64,000 nt of DNA from Eledone cirrhosa (GCA_964016885.1 OZ024744.1:85622001-85686000); one strand, 5' to 3'. Positions 13,221 through 27,076 are shown, numbered from the stretch's first letter. The notes: a model not told the origin generated them from the letters alone. Made by a program: numbers and translations.

Positions 13221-13743
13221 AATAATGTTAAAAAGATATGAACTGGTGGTTATTTTTCTTCTAGCCTGAAGGGAAAACTGGTAATTAGAACCCTCAATCT
13301 AGCTGTTCTCATCAGATCTTTTGTCCCCTACCCCCCACCAAACGGTTGTTTTTGGTAGAGGCTGTTGATGTAAATGAGCAATGTGAATGTCCCCTTAGTA
13401 TTCCAAATACATAAGGTGATGGACAGGAGATCGTCTTTAATTAGTTGAACAAATAGGGGGCCAATACGTGGTAGTTCAACCTGCTAGAAATAGAAGCCAA
13501 ATCATCTTTAAATATATAACAACTTGCTGCCTTAGAATAAATAATAGTACACATTGGATAATGTGGTTTACTCTGTTCTTATGCATATGAAAAGACGGGA
13601 TGGTTACGGCTGGAATGGATCAGGTGTGACATGAGGATAAATGATATCACCCTCCTCCTCCTCCTTCTCCTCCTCCTCCCCCTCCTCCTCCTCCTCCTCA
13701 GCATCATCATCATCATCATCATCATCACCATCACCGTCATCAA

Positions 13744-13777
<34 letters not shown>

Positions 13778-14189
13778 TTCATCCTTACCACATGCCCCAC
13801 TCAACCTGCATCACCACCACCATCACAATCACCATCTCCTCAAACAAGAACAGCGGCAACAACAACAAAAAACATCATCAGGAAGTCAGAACATACGTGG
13901 AATGTTGAAAGGCCGATTAAAAAAATAAACAAGAACACACACACACACTTTCTAAATCATGAAAAGACCTTCAGATATTCATAGAAAAGAGCTAACACCA
14001 ATCTGTGGGACATTCCAAAAGTTAGCTCCCTTTCTTTCCCCTATTTTAATAGATTTTTCCAAATTTGAATAGACCTCAATTATGTTCTGTAACCACTCCA
14101 TATATATATATATATTTATATATATAAATATAAATATAAATATAAATATAAATAGCTATCTATCTATCTACCTATCTATCTATCTATAT

Positions 14190-15226
14190 CCTAAGAAGCG
14201 GGCTCCTTTGGTGAGAAGATCCATCTGCTGCCAACACCCTGCCAACGGAGGGCTGGGGTTGCCTTGGCTAACGATGCGTAAACTCGCGCTCTGGCTGCGG
14301 CATTTACACGTATTCCTCACCGGACAACCGGTGTGGGCCTCGTTCGTGAGGCAAGCCTTCTCACGACTTGTCTCGCTGACCGAGCTGCAGTCCTGTGTCA
14401 AGCAAAGACCGAGGAAAATGGGCGACTGGCACATCGAATGTGCTCAGGCGCTCACAGCCCTCTGGCAGACGGACCCGGCGATCAGTGGAGACTCCACCTC
14501 ATCATTCTATAGAGCGTTGGTCCGCAGCAAGTGCGATAACGCGCTCGGAGAAACTCTAGGCGTAGAGGAAGACGAACTTGTCAGTCTGTTCGGTAGTACC
14601 TTCTGCCCGAGACCGATGGACAACTTCCAAAAGTCCTTGGCCTGGCAGTGCTACCGAGGAGCTCTACCAGTTCGAGACAAGCTCTATAGACATGGTGCCC
14701 GGGCAGGGACCCTTCGAAAAAGATCTGTTCGAGATGCGTGCGAGACGAAGAAACCGTCGCGCACGCATTCATACACTGCCCGGGCGTTATATGGTGGACG
14801 AGGCTGAAAGGGCTGAGGTCAGGCCCCTTTCTCTCCGGCCAACAACTGATTCTTTTTTTCAAATACCACTTTGGAAGAAGAATCAGGATGGAGAGAGAGG
14901 TGCTGTACCCCAGCAAATTTTATGAAAGGTGGGTGAAAGTGGCGAGAATGGCCCGAGTGAATGAGCCTTTTCTCTCTATCAGCCTGTAGGTTGAGGAAAA
15001 AGAGGAAGAGAGGAAAGGGGTACTCACTCTTCGTACTCCTGGAGATGAGGGTTGCACATTTATTCGGGGGTATGTGTTACCCATATGTAATGTCTCCCCC
15101 TATTGGGGAAAATCGATTAATTTTTAAAGTGCATTTGTGATAGTATTTTACACGTTTTTATTGTATGTAAACTTCCCCCTTTGTATTTGTCTCCTGCTTT
15201 TATGCTCATGAGGCTAATAAAGAAAC
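14190..15226 (+). mobile_element. 5'-truncated Tx1/L1-type LINE 3' end (ORF2 C-terminus plus 3' UTR)
   Basis: GGLGLP, MDNFQKSLAWQCYRGALPVRDKL match 43877-44674 and 62749-63660; ends AATAAAGAAA; flanked by (TATC)n. Confidence 0.85.
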
Positions 15227-15245
15227 ATATATATCTATCTGTCTA

Positions 15246-15299
<54 letters not shown>

Positions 15300-15303
<4 letters not shown>

Positions 15304-15506
15304 AACAAGTATGACCCCGACGGCAGAGCTCAAGCCGTTTCGAGGGTCTTTTCTAGACTATTTTTGTAGTCCAGAAATAGCCGTCGAAACGGCTTGAGCT
15401 CTGCCGTCGGGGTCATACTTTTTCCTATTTACCACTCTACTACCCTAAGTATTGAGTACTCTGGTGCGTTATGGTCCATCTGGTTCCTTACCACAATTTC
15501 TTTGTT
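15300..15506 (+). mobile_element. Fold-back F2 insert with 3' half HHR
   Basis: Palindrome 15300-15428; GAAAC-GGC ttgagctct GCC-GTC-ggggtc. Confidence 0.65.
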
Positions 15507-15566
15507 ATATATATATATACATATATATATTTATGTATATACGTATACATATATGTATATATACGA

Positions 15567-15639
<73 letters not shown>

Positions 15640-15751
15640 CTTTAGTGTGTTAACCTTTCAACATATTGTATTTTAAAGAGCTTGGGTTTTCTTTTCCTTT
15701 GAGCACATAATTTACAGGGCATAACGAGAGTCTGTGGCTCCGTTAATTTAT

Positions 15752-15900
<149 letters not shown>

Positions 15901-15969
15901 TAAATTTAGTGTGAATCGCATTTCGGCGGCTAGAAGTTGGCGAAACGCAACTTCTGTATTGTGCAGACA

Positions 15970-16000
<31 letters not shown>

Positions 16001-16127
16001 TATATATATACATATATATATATCAGGATAAATTAATGGAGACTCTCGTTATTCCCTGAAAATTATGTGCTCAAAGGAAAAGGAAATCCGAGCTCTTTAA
16101 AATACAATATGTTGAAAGGGTAACACA

Positions 16128-16307
<180 letters not shown>

Positions 16308-16852
16308 GTGTAAAACAGGGAAAACCACCAGTGTATGGAATCTATAATCTAAGGAAGGCAGGGTAGACACAATAATTAAAAATATAAATTAAAATGTATA
16401 TACGCACCTCTATAACTATATAACACACGCGTACAAATCCAAAGAGATCTGTGTCGCCAGGAAGTTGTTGACTGAAATGGAATAGCCTATAGGTCATCAG
16501 CGTGTGTAAGACTATACATTCCAGACAACACTAAGAAAATCTAAGACAACCGTCCAGCAAGACGCGGCAGAGAGATCTGACAGCGTGCGTAGGACAGTGA
16601 ATGAGGGGTATCTGAGAGACGAGCAGCAGAAAGGGCAGCCAAAAAGCCACTCAAAGAAATGTGCTCAACCAAACAGAGTGAGAGGAAAGACTATATCTTC
16701 GTTCCTTCTTTCGTCATTTTCTTTCTTTCTCTCTCATTTCCATATGTTCCCCATCCTTTATTTATTTATTTATTTATCATTAATCCTATTATTGATGTAG
16801 TAATGTAAATTTTCCAGTTTTCCGTTACGCATATATTTTATATTTCTTATTT

Positions 16853-16957
16853 GTCTCTGATGAAATGATGGTACTTAGATGTGTTGTAAATTGAGTTATA
16901 CTATCTCCAGTATTTAGCAATTTATAGACATTTCTATCATTGAAACAATTGTAAGAC
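16853..16957 (+). ncRNA. Type I HHR with extended stem II
   Basis: gtct-CTGATGA-aatgatgg..ctatcatt-GAAA-CAATTG-TA-agac; palindromic stem III. Confidence 0.8.
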
Positions 16958-17005
16958 TGTAATTAAATATCCTTGTTTTGTACTGTTGACCATGTTATTC
17001 TTCAC

Positions 17006-17039
<34 letters not shown>

Positions 17040-17509
17040 GTAAACGGAATAGAAAATGCTGACAAATTGTTCACAGTTGAAAAATGGTTTAATTAGGAAT
17101 AAAAGAGTATTAGTGATTGTATGGGTTAGTATTCAGTTGTGGTTTTAAGTTTTTAAGTTTTTACCGGTTGCGCATTTCTAAATGCTTTTCAAAAATAATT
17201 TTGAGATAGAGTGTCCGTGCTGTTTGCTCTGATCTGATTAGTTTTGGGAATGCTACCTGTTTTTATGTTAAAAAAGTGGCTCCAGCGTTATTTTTGTGTT
17301 GCAAAAATTCTTGTGGTCAAAACAATTTTGATTGGTCGGTAGAGGTCATGTGAATGTAAAAAGTTGATTTTGCGCCAAGACTGTTTTTATGTTAAAAAAG
17401 TGGCTCCAGCAAAAATTCTTGGTCAAAACAATTTTGATTGGTCGGTAGAGGTCATGTGAATAAAAAATTGGTTTTGCGCCAATATTGAGAAATGACTCTT
17501 TCACAACAA

Positions 17510-17609
<100 letters not shown>

Positions 17610-17681
17610 TAGTAGTAGTAGTAAGGTATTCGATGCTGCGACAATGGCCAGCAGCGATGTGTGTCAAATGGCTATTAAGAT

Positions 17682-17736
<55 letters not shown>

Positions 17737-17937
17737 TGTGTGTGTGTGTGTATAGCAGAGTGATTCGTGGTGGTAGGGATGGTCAGTAAGAATGTGTCTG
17801 AAAGCAATGGGGGGTATTTTAGCATGTCAAAAGATATTTTTCAGCTTTTGTCTTATACGGAGAAGTGCGTGCGTGTGTGTGTGTGTGTGTATATAAGTCT
17901 CTTTGTATGTTGATGTACGCGTGTGTATGTGTTTGTG

Positions 17938-17969
<32 letters not shown>

Positions 17970-18649
17970 GGGGGGGGGGGAACCAGTATTTTTTCCCCCT
18001 GGTAAAATGGTGTACATTATTCGATTTTTTCAGTAAAATCGGTTCTCTTAATAGAACATCAAAAATCTTAACAATAAAAGGTGTGAAATGATATTCACTA
18101 TATATATATACACATACATATATTCACTACATATATATATATATATATACATATATACATACATATTATTGCACCATAGAGCATGTGTGTTTACGTGTGT
18201 CATTGTGTTTATATGTGGGTAGAGATGTGTGCTGATGTAGGTATGTATGTTGACGTGTGTATGTTGTGGTTCGTCTCAGGGAGAAGTGTTTAGACGGGGT
18301 CCGTATTTGTTAATGAAGTAAGATTCCTTGCTGATGCGCTGGGTGTGGGTGTTATTATCTTTAAATTTGTAGAGGGGAGAAAGATTCTAAAGTTGGGATG
18401 ATTTTGGGCGGCACAGGTATCAATGTGTTCACTCAGTGGTATTTTCCTGTATTCCCGTTATTTTAATTTGGTAAATCAACCAAAACTAAAAGCTCTTCCA
18501 TACATCTCCACACAGCAGAACCCCCCTCAACAATGAGGCCTTTGACACCATCCTCCAGAACATCCCTGTATTGAAAAAGGACCATAGAATGAACCAAATT
18601 CTACGAACACGACGATAGTCATAAAGAGCAAAAGGACAATGCCAAGTCA

Positions 18650-19117
18650 ATGAAAAACATCTTAACACATGCCAAAGTACTGCCAATCACAACAACGAAA
18701 CCCACAGTTAAAAAAAATGCGATAGACCCAACTGTGGCATTTTGCATCAACCTAATAGAGGGTTCGGAATTCTATTTCAAAGATGGACAACGTTTTATAG
18801 TAAAACACAATTTCACATGTGCATCGGAAAATCTAATATATGTATTAACTTGTTCAGGTTGTCGAGAACAATACATAGGCCAGACCAAAAACAGCCTCCG
18901 CCAACGCATGACTGTCCATAGATCCCAAATTAAAATACGGGAATACAGGAAAATACCACTGAGTGAACACATTGATACCTGTGCCGCCCAAAATCATCCC
19001 AACTTCAGAATCTTTCCCCTCTACAAATTTAAAGATAATACCACCCACACCCAGCGCATCAGCAAGGAATCTTACTTCATTAACAAATACGGACCCCGTC
19101 TAAACACTTCTCCCTAA
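18650..19117 (+). pseudogene. PLE GIY-YIG endonuclease domain (upstream frame disrupted)
   Basis: FTCASENLIYVLTCSGCREQYIGQTKNSLRQRMTVH..ESYFINKYGPRLN. Confidence 0.85.
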
Positions 19118-19649
19118 GACGAACCCACAACATACACACGTCAACATACATACCTACATCAGCACACATCTCTACCCACATATAAACACAATGACACACG
19201 TAAACACACATGCTCTATGGTGCAATACAAGGAAATATATGTGCATATATATGTATGTATATATGTATATATATTATTATATATATGTAGTGAATATATG
19301 TATGTGTATATATATATATAGTGAATATCATTTCACACCTTTTATTGTTAAGATTTTTGATGTTCTATTAAGAGAACCGATTTTACTGAAAAAATCGAAT
19401 AATGTACACCATTTTACCAGGGGGGAAAAGATACTGCCCCCCCCCACACACACATATATATATATATATACACAAACACATACACACGCGTACATCAACA
19501 TACAAAGAGACTTATATACACACACACACACACACGCACTTCTCCGTATAAGACAAAAGCTGAAAAATATCTTTTGACATGCTAAAATACCCCCCATTGC
19601 TTTCAGACACATTCTTACTGACCATCCCGACCACCACGAATCACTCTGC

Positions 19650-19706
<57 letters not shown>

Positions 19707-19778
19707 ATCTTAATAGCCATTTGACACACATCGCTGCTGGCCATTGTCGCAGCATCGAACACCTTACTACTACTACTA

Positions 19779-19858
<80 letters not shown>

Positions 19859-20188
19859 ACAGACACACACATATTTGTTGTGAAAGAGTCATTTCTCAAT
19901 CTTGGCGCAAAACCAATTTTTTATTCACATGACCTCTACCGACCAATCAAAATTGTTTTGACCAAGAATTTTTGCTGGAGCCACTTTTTTAACATAAAAA
20001 CAGTCTTGGCGCAAAATCAACTTTTTACATTCACATGACCTCTACCGACCAATCAAAATTGTTTTGACCACAAGAATTTTTGCAACACAAAAATAACGCT
20101 GGAGCCACTTTTTTAACATAAAAACAGGTAGCATTCCCAAAACTAATCAGATCAGAGCAAACAGCACGGACACTCTATCTCAAAATTA

Positions 20189-20225
20189 TTTTTGAAAAGC
20201 ATTTAGAAATGCGCAACCGGTAAAA
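20189..20225 (+). ncRNA. HHR-like variant (UUGAAAA core, GCAA instead of GAAA)
   Basis: ttt-TTGAAAA-gcattt ag aaatgc-GCAA-CCGG-TA-aaa; same pattern at ~37777-37815 (-). Confidence 0.4.
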
Positions 20226-20377
20226 ACTTAAAAACTTAAAACCACAACTGAATACTAACCCATACAATCACTAATACTCTTTTATTCCTAATTAAACCAT
20301 TTTTCAACTGTGAACAATTTGTCAGCATTTTCTATTCCGTTTACCAATATATAATAACTTATGTGTTACACCTCTAT

Positions 20378-20449
<72 letters not shown>

Positions 20450-20483
20450 TTATATACACATATATTTATTAAAATAACAGATT

Positions 20484-20521
20484 AATCGTAGCTTTCACCC
20501 TTAACGGGATCTTCTGAAACT
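20484..20521 (-). ncRNA. Degenerate HHR-like motif with CAGAAGA core (second copy 28215-28252)
   Basis: CAGAAGA-tccc gttaa gggt-GAAA-GC-TA; weak stem I. Confidence 0.3.
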
Positions 20522-20634
20522 CAAAAAATCAATCTGCTCCACGGTTCTTATATAATTGATATATATTTATCCTTATCGAGCCCTCTTTGGATTTTAGTCT
20601 TCAAATTTATTATTATTACTATATACACACACAC

Positions 20635-20678
<44 letters not shown>

Positions 20679-21145
20679 AAATGTGTGAGATCCTTGGTAC
20701 AGTTAGGTATATTTGAAAAAAAAGGAAAAGAATGACTTCACTTGCATTCTAAATAATTTGATTTAATTTTATAATATTATATTACGAGTTGGTAGAAAAA
20801 TATCCAAAGTACTCCCGTACTTTCAAACATTCGATCGTTGAAGAGAAGAAAAACCCTCAGAGGTACACTAATGTTTCATTAATTGCCCTTTCCCCACCCC
20901 AATGTATATGTGAACTTAAATACTTGAGTAGATGTGTGTACATATAATGTGTGTGTAGATGTGGTTGTATGTATGGCTGTAGGTATACAGATATATGTGT
21001 ACATGTGTATATGTATGTGTGCATGTGTATGTGTGTGTATATGAATATATGTGTATGTATGTGGGTATGTGTATGTGCGTGTGTGTATATATATATATAG
21101 AGAGAGAAGGAATTGGTAGTTTACTTGAAGCAGTGTGTAGTGAGG

Positions 21146-21491
21146 TATAAACGTTTGAAGTTAGAAGACCAGAACAATGCAGGTTTGGAGATAGAATATA
21201 AATGTAAAAGATAACGCTGACAATAAGTCTTTTACCTTAATTTATTTATATATCCTGATATTTCGAGATAATATCTCTTCGTCTGAGGAAAATAAAGGGG
21301 TTAATCCAGTGTTCTAAGCAACCCACTCAGAACACTGGATTAACCCCTTTACTTTCCTCAGACGAAGAGATATTATCTCGAAATATCAGAATATATGAAT
21401 AAATTAAGTTAAAAGTCTAATTGTCAGCGTTATCTTTTGCATTTATATTCTATCTCCAAACCAGCATTGTTCTGGGCTTCTAACTTCAAAC

Positions 21492-21499
<8 letters not shown>
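21146..21499. mobile_element. Fold-back insert with an HHR-like CAGACGA motif in each arm (21253-21289 -, 21355-21391 +)
   Basis: Arms 21146-21315 / 21330-21499; tcct-CAGACGAa-gagata t tatctc-GAAA-TA-TC-agga. Confidence 0.65.
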
Positions 21500-21584
<85 letters not shown>

Positions 21585-21588
<4 letters not shown>

Positions 21589-21706
21589 AACCAGTAAGAC
21601 CCCTTGTGGGGTCTTACTGGTTCCTATTACCCACTCTACTACCCTAAGTATTGAGTACTTTGGTGCGTTATGGTCAACCTGGTTCCTTACCACATTTCCT
21701 TCGTTA
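21585..21706 (+). mobile_element. Short fold-back F2 insert
   Basis: ggaaccagtaagacccc ttgt ggggtcttactggttcc followed by the F2 tail; (TA)n flanks. Confidence 0.65.
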
Positions 21707-21766
21707 TATATATATATATATATATAAATGAAAGGTATAGAAAACATTGTCGCAAGAAGCCAACGG

Positions 21767-21797
<31 letters not shown>

Positions 21798-22417
21798 ATT
21801 TATATGTATGTGTATGTATGTATGCACATATATGTGTAGGTGTGTGTATGTGTGTGTATATATATGTAGGTGTATATATATATATATATATATGCATATA
21901 TATATGTGCATGTGTATGTATACATGTGTATATATATATGTATATATGTGTATATATATGTGTGTATATATATATATATATGTGTATATATGTATATATA
22001 TATATATGTGTATATATCTGCATGTGTATGTATATATGTGTATATATATGTGTGTGTTTATGTATGTATCAATGTTATATTCATCGAAAGTAAAAATGCA
22101 GTCCTTAATATCAGCTAAATATCTCATACTATATTTGGTACACGAAAGTTAATAGTAAGTATGCCTGTGTACGTGATCTATGAATCACTAAGCTTCTATA
22201 TAGGTAGTTTAATTATCGCATTCTATATGGTAGCCTGTGACATTCTAACATCAGCTAAGATAATACACCTGGTGTGTTTGTTATCTACCTGACCTAATTC
22301 TTTTCTAAATAAACGGCCATTGTCAAATTAAACTACACTAATATAACCTCACGTAAATATTGATCACATTTCGTGTTTTAATACCTGAAACTGGAAGCGA
22401 TAATCTGTTATCGAGAG

Positions 22418-22634
22418 TCGATCGACTTTCGTCATATCGGACCGAGAAAACAATGTTCCCAAACAATATTCCCAATTGCTAATACTATCTAGCTCTCGCA
22501 TTTCCAGGTAGAAAGAGCAACAAAAAATAAAATGTCTCGTTCAAGGATATAATGCATTTCCCTGTCCAGGAATCGAACTCACAACATCACGATTGCGAAC
22601 CTAATTCTCTAACCACTCAGCTATGCGCCTTCAC
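22418..22634 (-). mobile_element. tRNA-headed SINE, family 2
   Basis: - strand A box TAGCTGAGTGG and B box GAGTTCGATTCC; second copy at 35833-36054. Confidence 0.72.
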
Positions 22635-22642
22635 CAATGTGT

Positions 22643-22676
<34 letters not shown>

Positions 22677-22699
22677 TATAAAGGTTTACGTATATATAG

Positions 22700-22758
<59 letters not shown>

Positions 22759-22813
22759 GCAACGGGTCACTTTGTGGCTCAATGAAGAGTTAATAAATTA
22801 AATAATCAGAGCT

Positions 22814-23127
22814 ATATATCATAAAACATGTCTATAGAATCACCAGATAAAATATATACTGTTTCCTCTCCCAATTAGCATAATTAACCATATAAAAATC
22901 GATTAGTTGACTGTATATCTGGTCGATTTATACACGCCGTCGAAATACTCGATAAATACTCCGTCGCAACCGCCGCGAAGGGCTGCTTTCGGTTATTTGT
23001 CGGAGATTTCTTCATAGGAGCCTTTATTCTTATAGCTTGGTCTAATCGATTTTTTATATGGTTAATTATGCTAATTGGGAGAGAAAACGGTATATATTTT
23101 ATCTGGTGATTCTATAGACATGTTTTA

Positions 23128-23133
<6 letters not shown>
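22814..23133. repeat. Inverted-repeat insert
   Basis: Arms ~22814-22902 / 23044-23133 around a CpG-rich spacer. Confidence 0.7.
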
Positions 23134-23178
<45 letters not shown>

Positions 23179-23221
23179 ATAGAAACCAAAGAACGCTTAC
23201 ATACTCAAATAGTCTTTATTC

Positions 23222-23267
23222 ACTAACAATGTTTCATCCTCACCTTTAGGCAGGTATCATCAGAGCT
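23222..23267 (-). ncRNA. Type I HHR motif
   Basis: gct-CTGATGA-tacctgcctaaaggtgaggat-GAAA-CATTG-TT-agt. Confidence 0.5.
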
Positions 23268-23813
23268 CAACAAATACCGTGTTGAGTATAAGCTCCACAA
23301 TAACTTAGTCACGCGAACAATTAGAAAAAATAATAATAGGGGGATTGGAGATAGCTAACAAAGGGGCTCATGCTGGGGTTACTAAGCATCACTGCAAAAT
23401 ACCAAGGTACAATTGTATTTAACAAGATGAAGACACAGTAGATGGCACTCAAAATGTAGAATGTAAAATCAGAAAGTGTGAAAGCATTAAAAAGTACATA
23501 ATAAATACATAAAAATACATAAAAAATACATAAATATACATAAAAATACATAAAGAAATACAGGGAAATGTTAAAACATAATATAAATTATATTAAAGTA
23601 ATAAAAAATATAAAAATAAAGATAAAAAATAATAATAGCGATAATATAATAAAATGAAATAAAGTAAAATAAAATAAAATAAAATAAAATAAAATAAAAT
23701 AAAATGAAATAAAATAAAATAAAATAAAATAAAATAAAATAAAATAATAAAATAAAAAATATACTAAAAATAAATTAAAATACAATAAAGTAATACAAAA
23801 AGTATAATAAAAT

Positions 23814-24001
23814 AATTGTTTCTACTTTAGGCACAAGGCCAGCAATTAACCAGTGCATTACTGGTACTTTATTTTATCCACTCCGTAAGGAGGAAAGGCA
23901 AAGTCAACCTCGGCGGGAGTTGAACTCAGATCGTAAAGGGACGTAACTATGCTGGAAAGCATGGCGTCCGACCCTCTACCGATACTGCCAATCCACCGCC
24001 C
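23814..24001 (-). mobile_element. tRNA-headed SINE, family 1
   Basis: A box TGGCAGTATCGG, B box GAGTTCAACTC, then GACTTTGCCTTTC..GATAAAATAAAGTACC, which resembles the conserved Meta-SINE domain (from recall, unverified). Confidence 0.72.
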
Positions 24002-26008
24002 TAATAAAATAATAATAAATGATAATAAAAAAATAAAATAATGTAATAATAAGATGAAATTAAATTAAAAAGGATTAAAAATATTTAATAAAATGAGAAA
24101 AATGTATATGTTATGAGCACTTAGAGAAAGCAAGTTATTACAAGCGCTGTTCCTAGCAACACAAGCGAGTAGGATGCCAGTAGTCTATATACAGGCGTGA
24201 AGATATCATTTTGGTACATCCTAAAAGACCACAGTAATTCAAATGACCATCATACTATACATACACAAGTTATATCAGTAGGTACCCGAACTAGGTAGCT
24301 AATTGGTATTCACAAGTATATAGAAAGGTATCACAAAGGCACAGGCTTCACTTAAGTAAATTGGTTATTATATGGTATTGCTGAGTAAAACAAGTAAATA
24401 CATTCAAGGCATAAAAAGAAGCCATGCATAAGCAGGTTTAGGCTAGTGTGCGATAGAATTGAAGCAGTCTCATTATATTAGTTGTTATAAAGCAATTGGC
24501 AATGTTATTATTCATGCATAATTAGCAATACAACCAGGAGTAATTGTTTACATATTTTACATATGCTCACGGTTTAAATATACGTAGTAGTATATTAAGC
24601 GTAACAATTACATTATAACGCAAGAAAATGCATGCTGGATTACTACAATAAACAACCACTCCATGTAAAAAAATCACAGGTCAACATAAAAAATTGTTCA
24701 AGAATCATTTCAAGCCAAGTCTGCACACAACATCCTGTCACGAACATGTGAATAGAATTTCTGGTCACAGCAACAACGATCAGCACAGCCAACCAGTCTA
24801 AACAAAACAAAAGGAAATCAACACTCGTGCGCAAGTTGTTAAATACGCTAAATACCTTAGCATGTTTGCTAAATATGGTCAAATTCAAATATATAATCAG
24901 AGATGAAATGGAATAGATACAAAAATAAAGATAAAAATACAAATACAGTCTACATACCACTAACATTAAAATAAATTAATACTGGCTTAGAACATTTTAC
25001 TTTAATTAGCGCCACTAAACTGTGTGACGTTTTAGTTGTTAAAGAAATGACGTTGTACACATGTGGTGAATGAAAGGGGGATAACTCTGATTATTCATCT
25101 AATAGGTAATTAATTCAGACTATGACTAAATTAAAGAGAAAGGAATATAAAGAGAAAAATTATAAGTTCAGTAACCTCACCCCATCCCACCCCCTCAAAC
25201 TACACTACAATACACCCCGTTACACTAAACTACAGGATATCACCCCCACATCAATAGACACCGCAATACTCCACCACATCACACCACACCAACCCCTGGG
25301 ACAACCAAACCACGTGATACCACACCATACCACACCACACCACGCCATACCACTTAACCGATTCAACCACCATATACCACGCCACACCACTCCACTCATT
25401 CAACTAAACCACAAGAAAACACACCACACACCGTTATACCCTACCACTCCCAGAAGCATTATACCACAGTATACCCCATCCCACTTCACTACCCCCAAAA
25501 CAGTACACCATACCCAACCTCAAACTACACACTTCTATATCGGGAAAAATTAAACGGCGTTACACCACACCACACCACACCAAACTACAGTACACCACAC
25601 TACAATACTAAAAACACACGCCACCGCACTACCCCAAACCTCACAAAATTACAAACACTACATACTACTATACCACACCACACCTCGGCAAATCATACCT
25701 TATTCCCTCACACCACCCAACATTACAACACACCACATCACACTAAAATACCCCACCCCTCACCACGCTGCACTACATTACTACACACTAAACCACACCA
25801 CACCATACCCCGCCACATCACCACATACCACACTATACTACCACACAACACGACCACATACTTCTCACACCACTCCATAATACTCAAAATCTCAATTTAC
25901 AATCCTTTAAAATTATAATGATATTATAATTAAATAGTATGGTAGAATATTAAATGTTGATTGGTGACAGTCAAGTTTGCTTTCAAACTTGACTGTCACC
26001 ACAGAATA

Positions 26009-26047
26009 TGAACCTGAAGATTGCGAAAGCATGAAAGTACTTGTTCA
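26009..26047 (+). ncRNA. Minimal type I HHR inside fold-back insert ~25896-26120
   Basis: tgaac-CTGAAGA-t tgc GAAA gca t-GAAA-GTAC-TT-gttca; 5 bp stem I, GNRA loop. Confidence 0.8.
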
Positions 26048-26203
26048 ATTAACACTTAACATTTAATATTCTACCATACTATTTCATTATAATACCATTA
26101 TAATTTTAAAGGATTGTAAAGAAAACGAGTAAATCAGACAAAGCTGGAATTCCTTTTATTAATATATATATATATATGTATATCTATATATATGTATATG
26201 TAC

Positions 26204-26350
<147 letters not shown>

Positions 26351-26365
26351 TATATATATATATAT

Positions 26366-26660
26366 ACGATATTAAACAAATGGAAACTATATTTATAAAA
26401 CCATATTTATTTCATTATACATATTTCAGGGATACCATATTAAAAATATGGCATGCCTTCGTCATATAAAATACAATATATAAACAGTTTTATAAATAAT
26501 TTTGACGTACCATAAATATAAGCGACCATTAAGGTAGGAAGCTGGCTTAGTAGTTTCCATTTGTTTAATATCGTATATCTACTCCAAAAACTTGTCGAGT
26601 GCTTTATATCGGTTATAAAATATTTACTTGTTGTAACCCAACAGTTTTAAATAAAACTTT

Positions 26661-26664
<4 letters not shown>
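26366..26664. mobile_element. Fold-back F1 insert with degenerate HHR (26410-26471, -, ATGACGA core)
   Basis: Homology to 11684-12110. Confidence 0.7.
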
Positions 26665-26737
<73 letters not shown>

Positions 26738-27076
26738 CTGTGTGTGTGTGTGTATATAACTTCAACATACCCAGCTGTTTTTTTGACAGAATCTGTCGAA
26801 ATGGCGATGTATTTGTTTTGCAATTTTTTTTTTTTAATATGAAACCGTGGGTTTAATTAGATATTATTTATAAACATACCGTATATCTCTAGAAATACGA
26901 AATTCACACACATATCTGTATTCAGCTATGTCAAAGCTAAATTCTCATTCCATTTCAACTTGAGGTAACTTATACAACTTCGTATGAAAATGAGGCTAAT
27001 CGCACAATTTATTACAGACGAAAAAACTATATATTTTGGCCTGATTCAAAATGCAGCATTAGCGAGAGGGAAGCAT

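Noticed and set aside
20800-20868. HHR-like CTGAGGG..GAAAGTAC..GTACTT on - strand
   Set aside because: A9 is altered and stems I and II do not pair convincingly
22560-22634. tRNA-like A/B boxes here and at 23900-24001 and 35980-36054
   Set aside because: No cloverleaf; they continue into multi-copy SINE bodies
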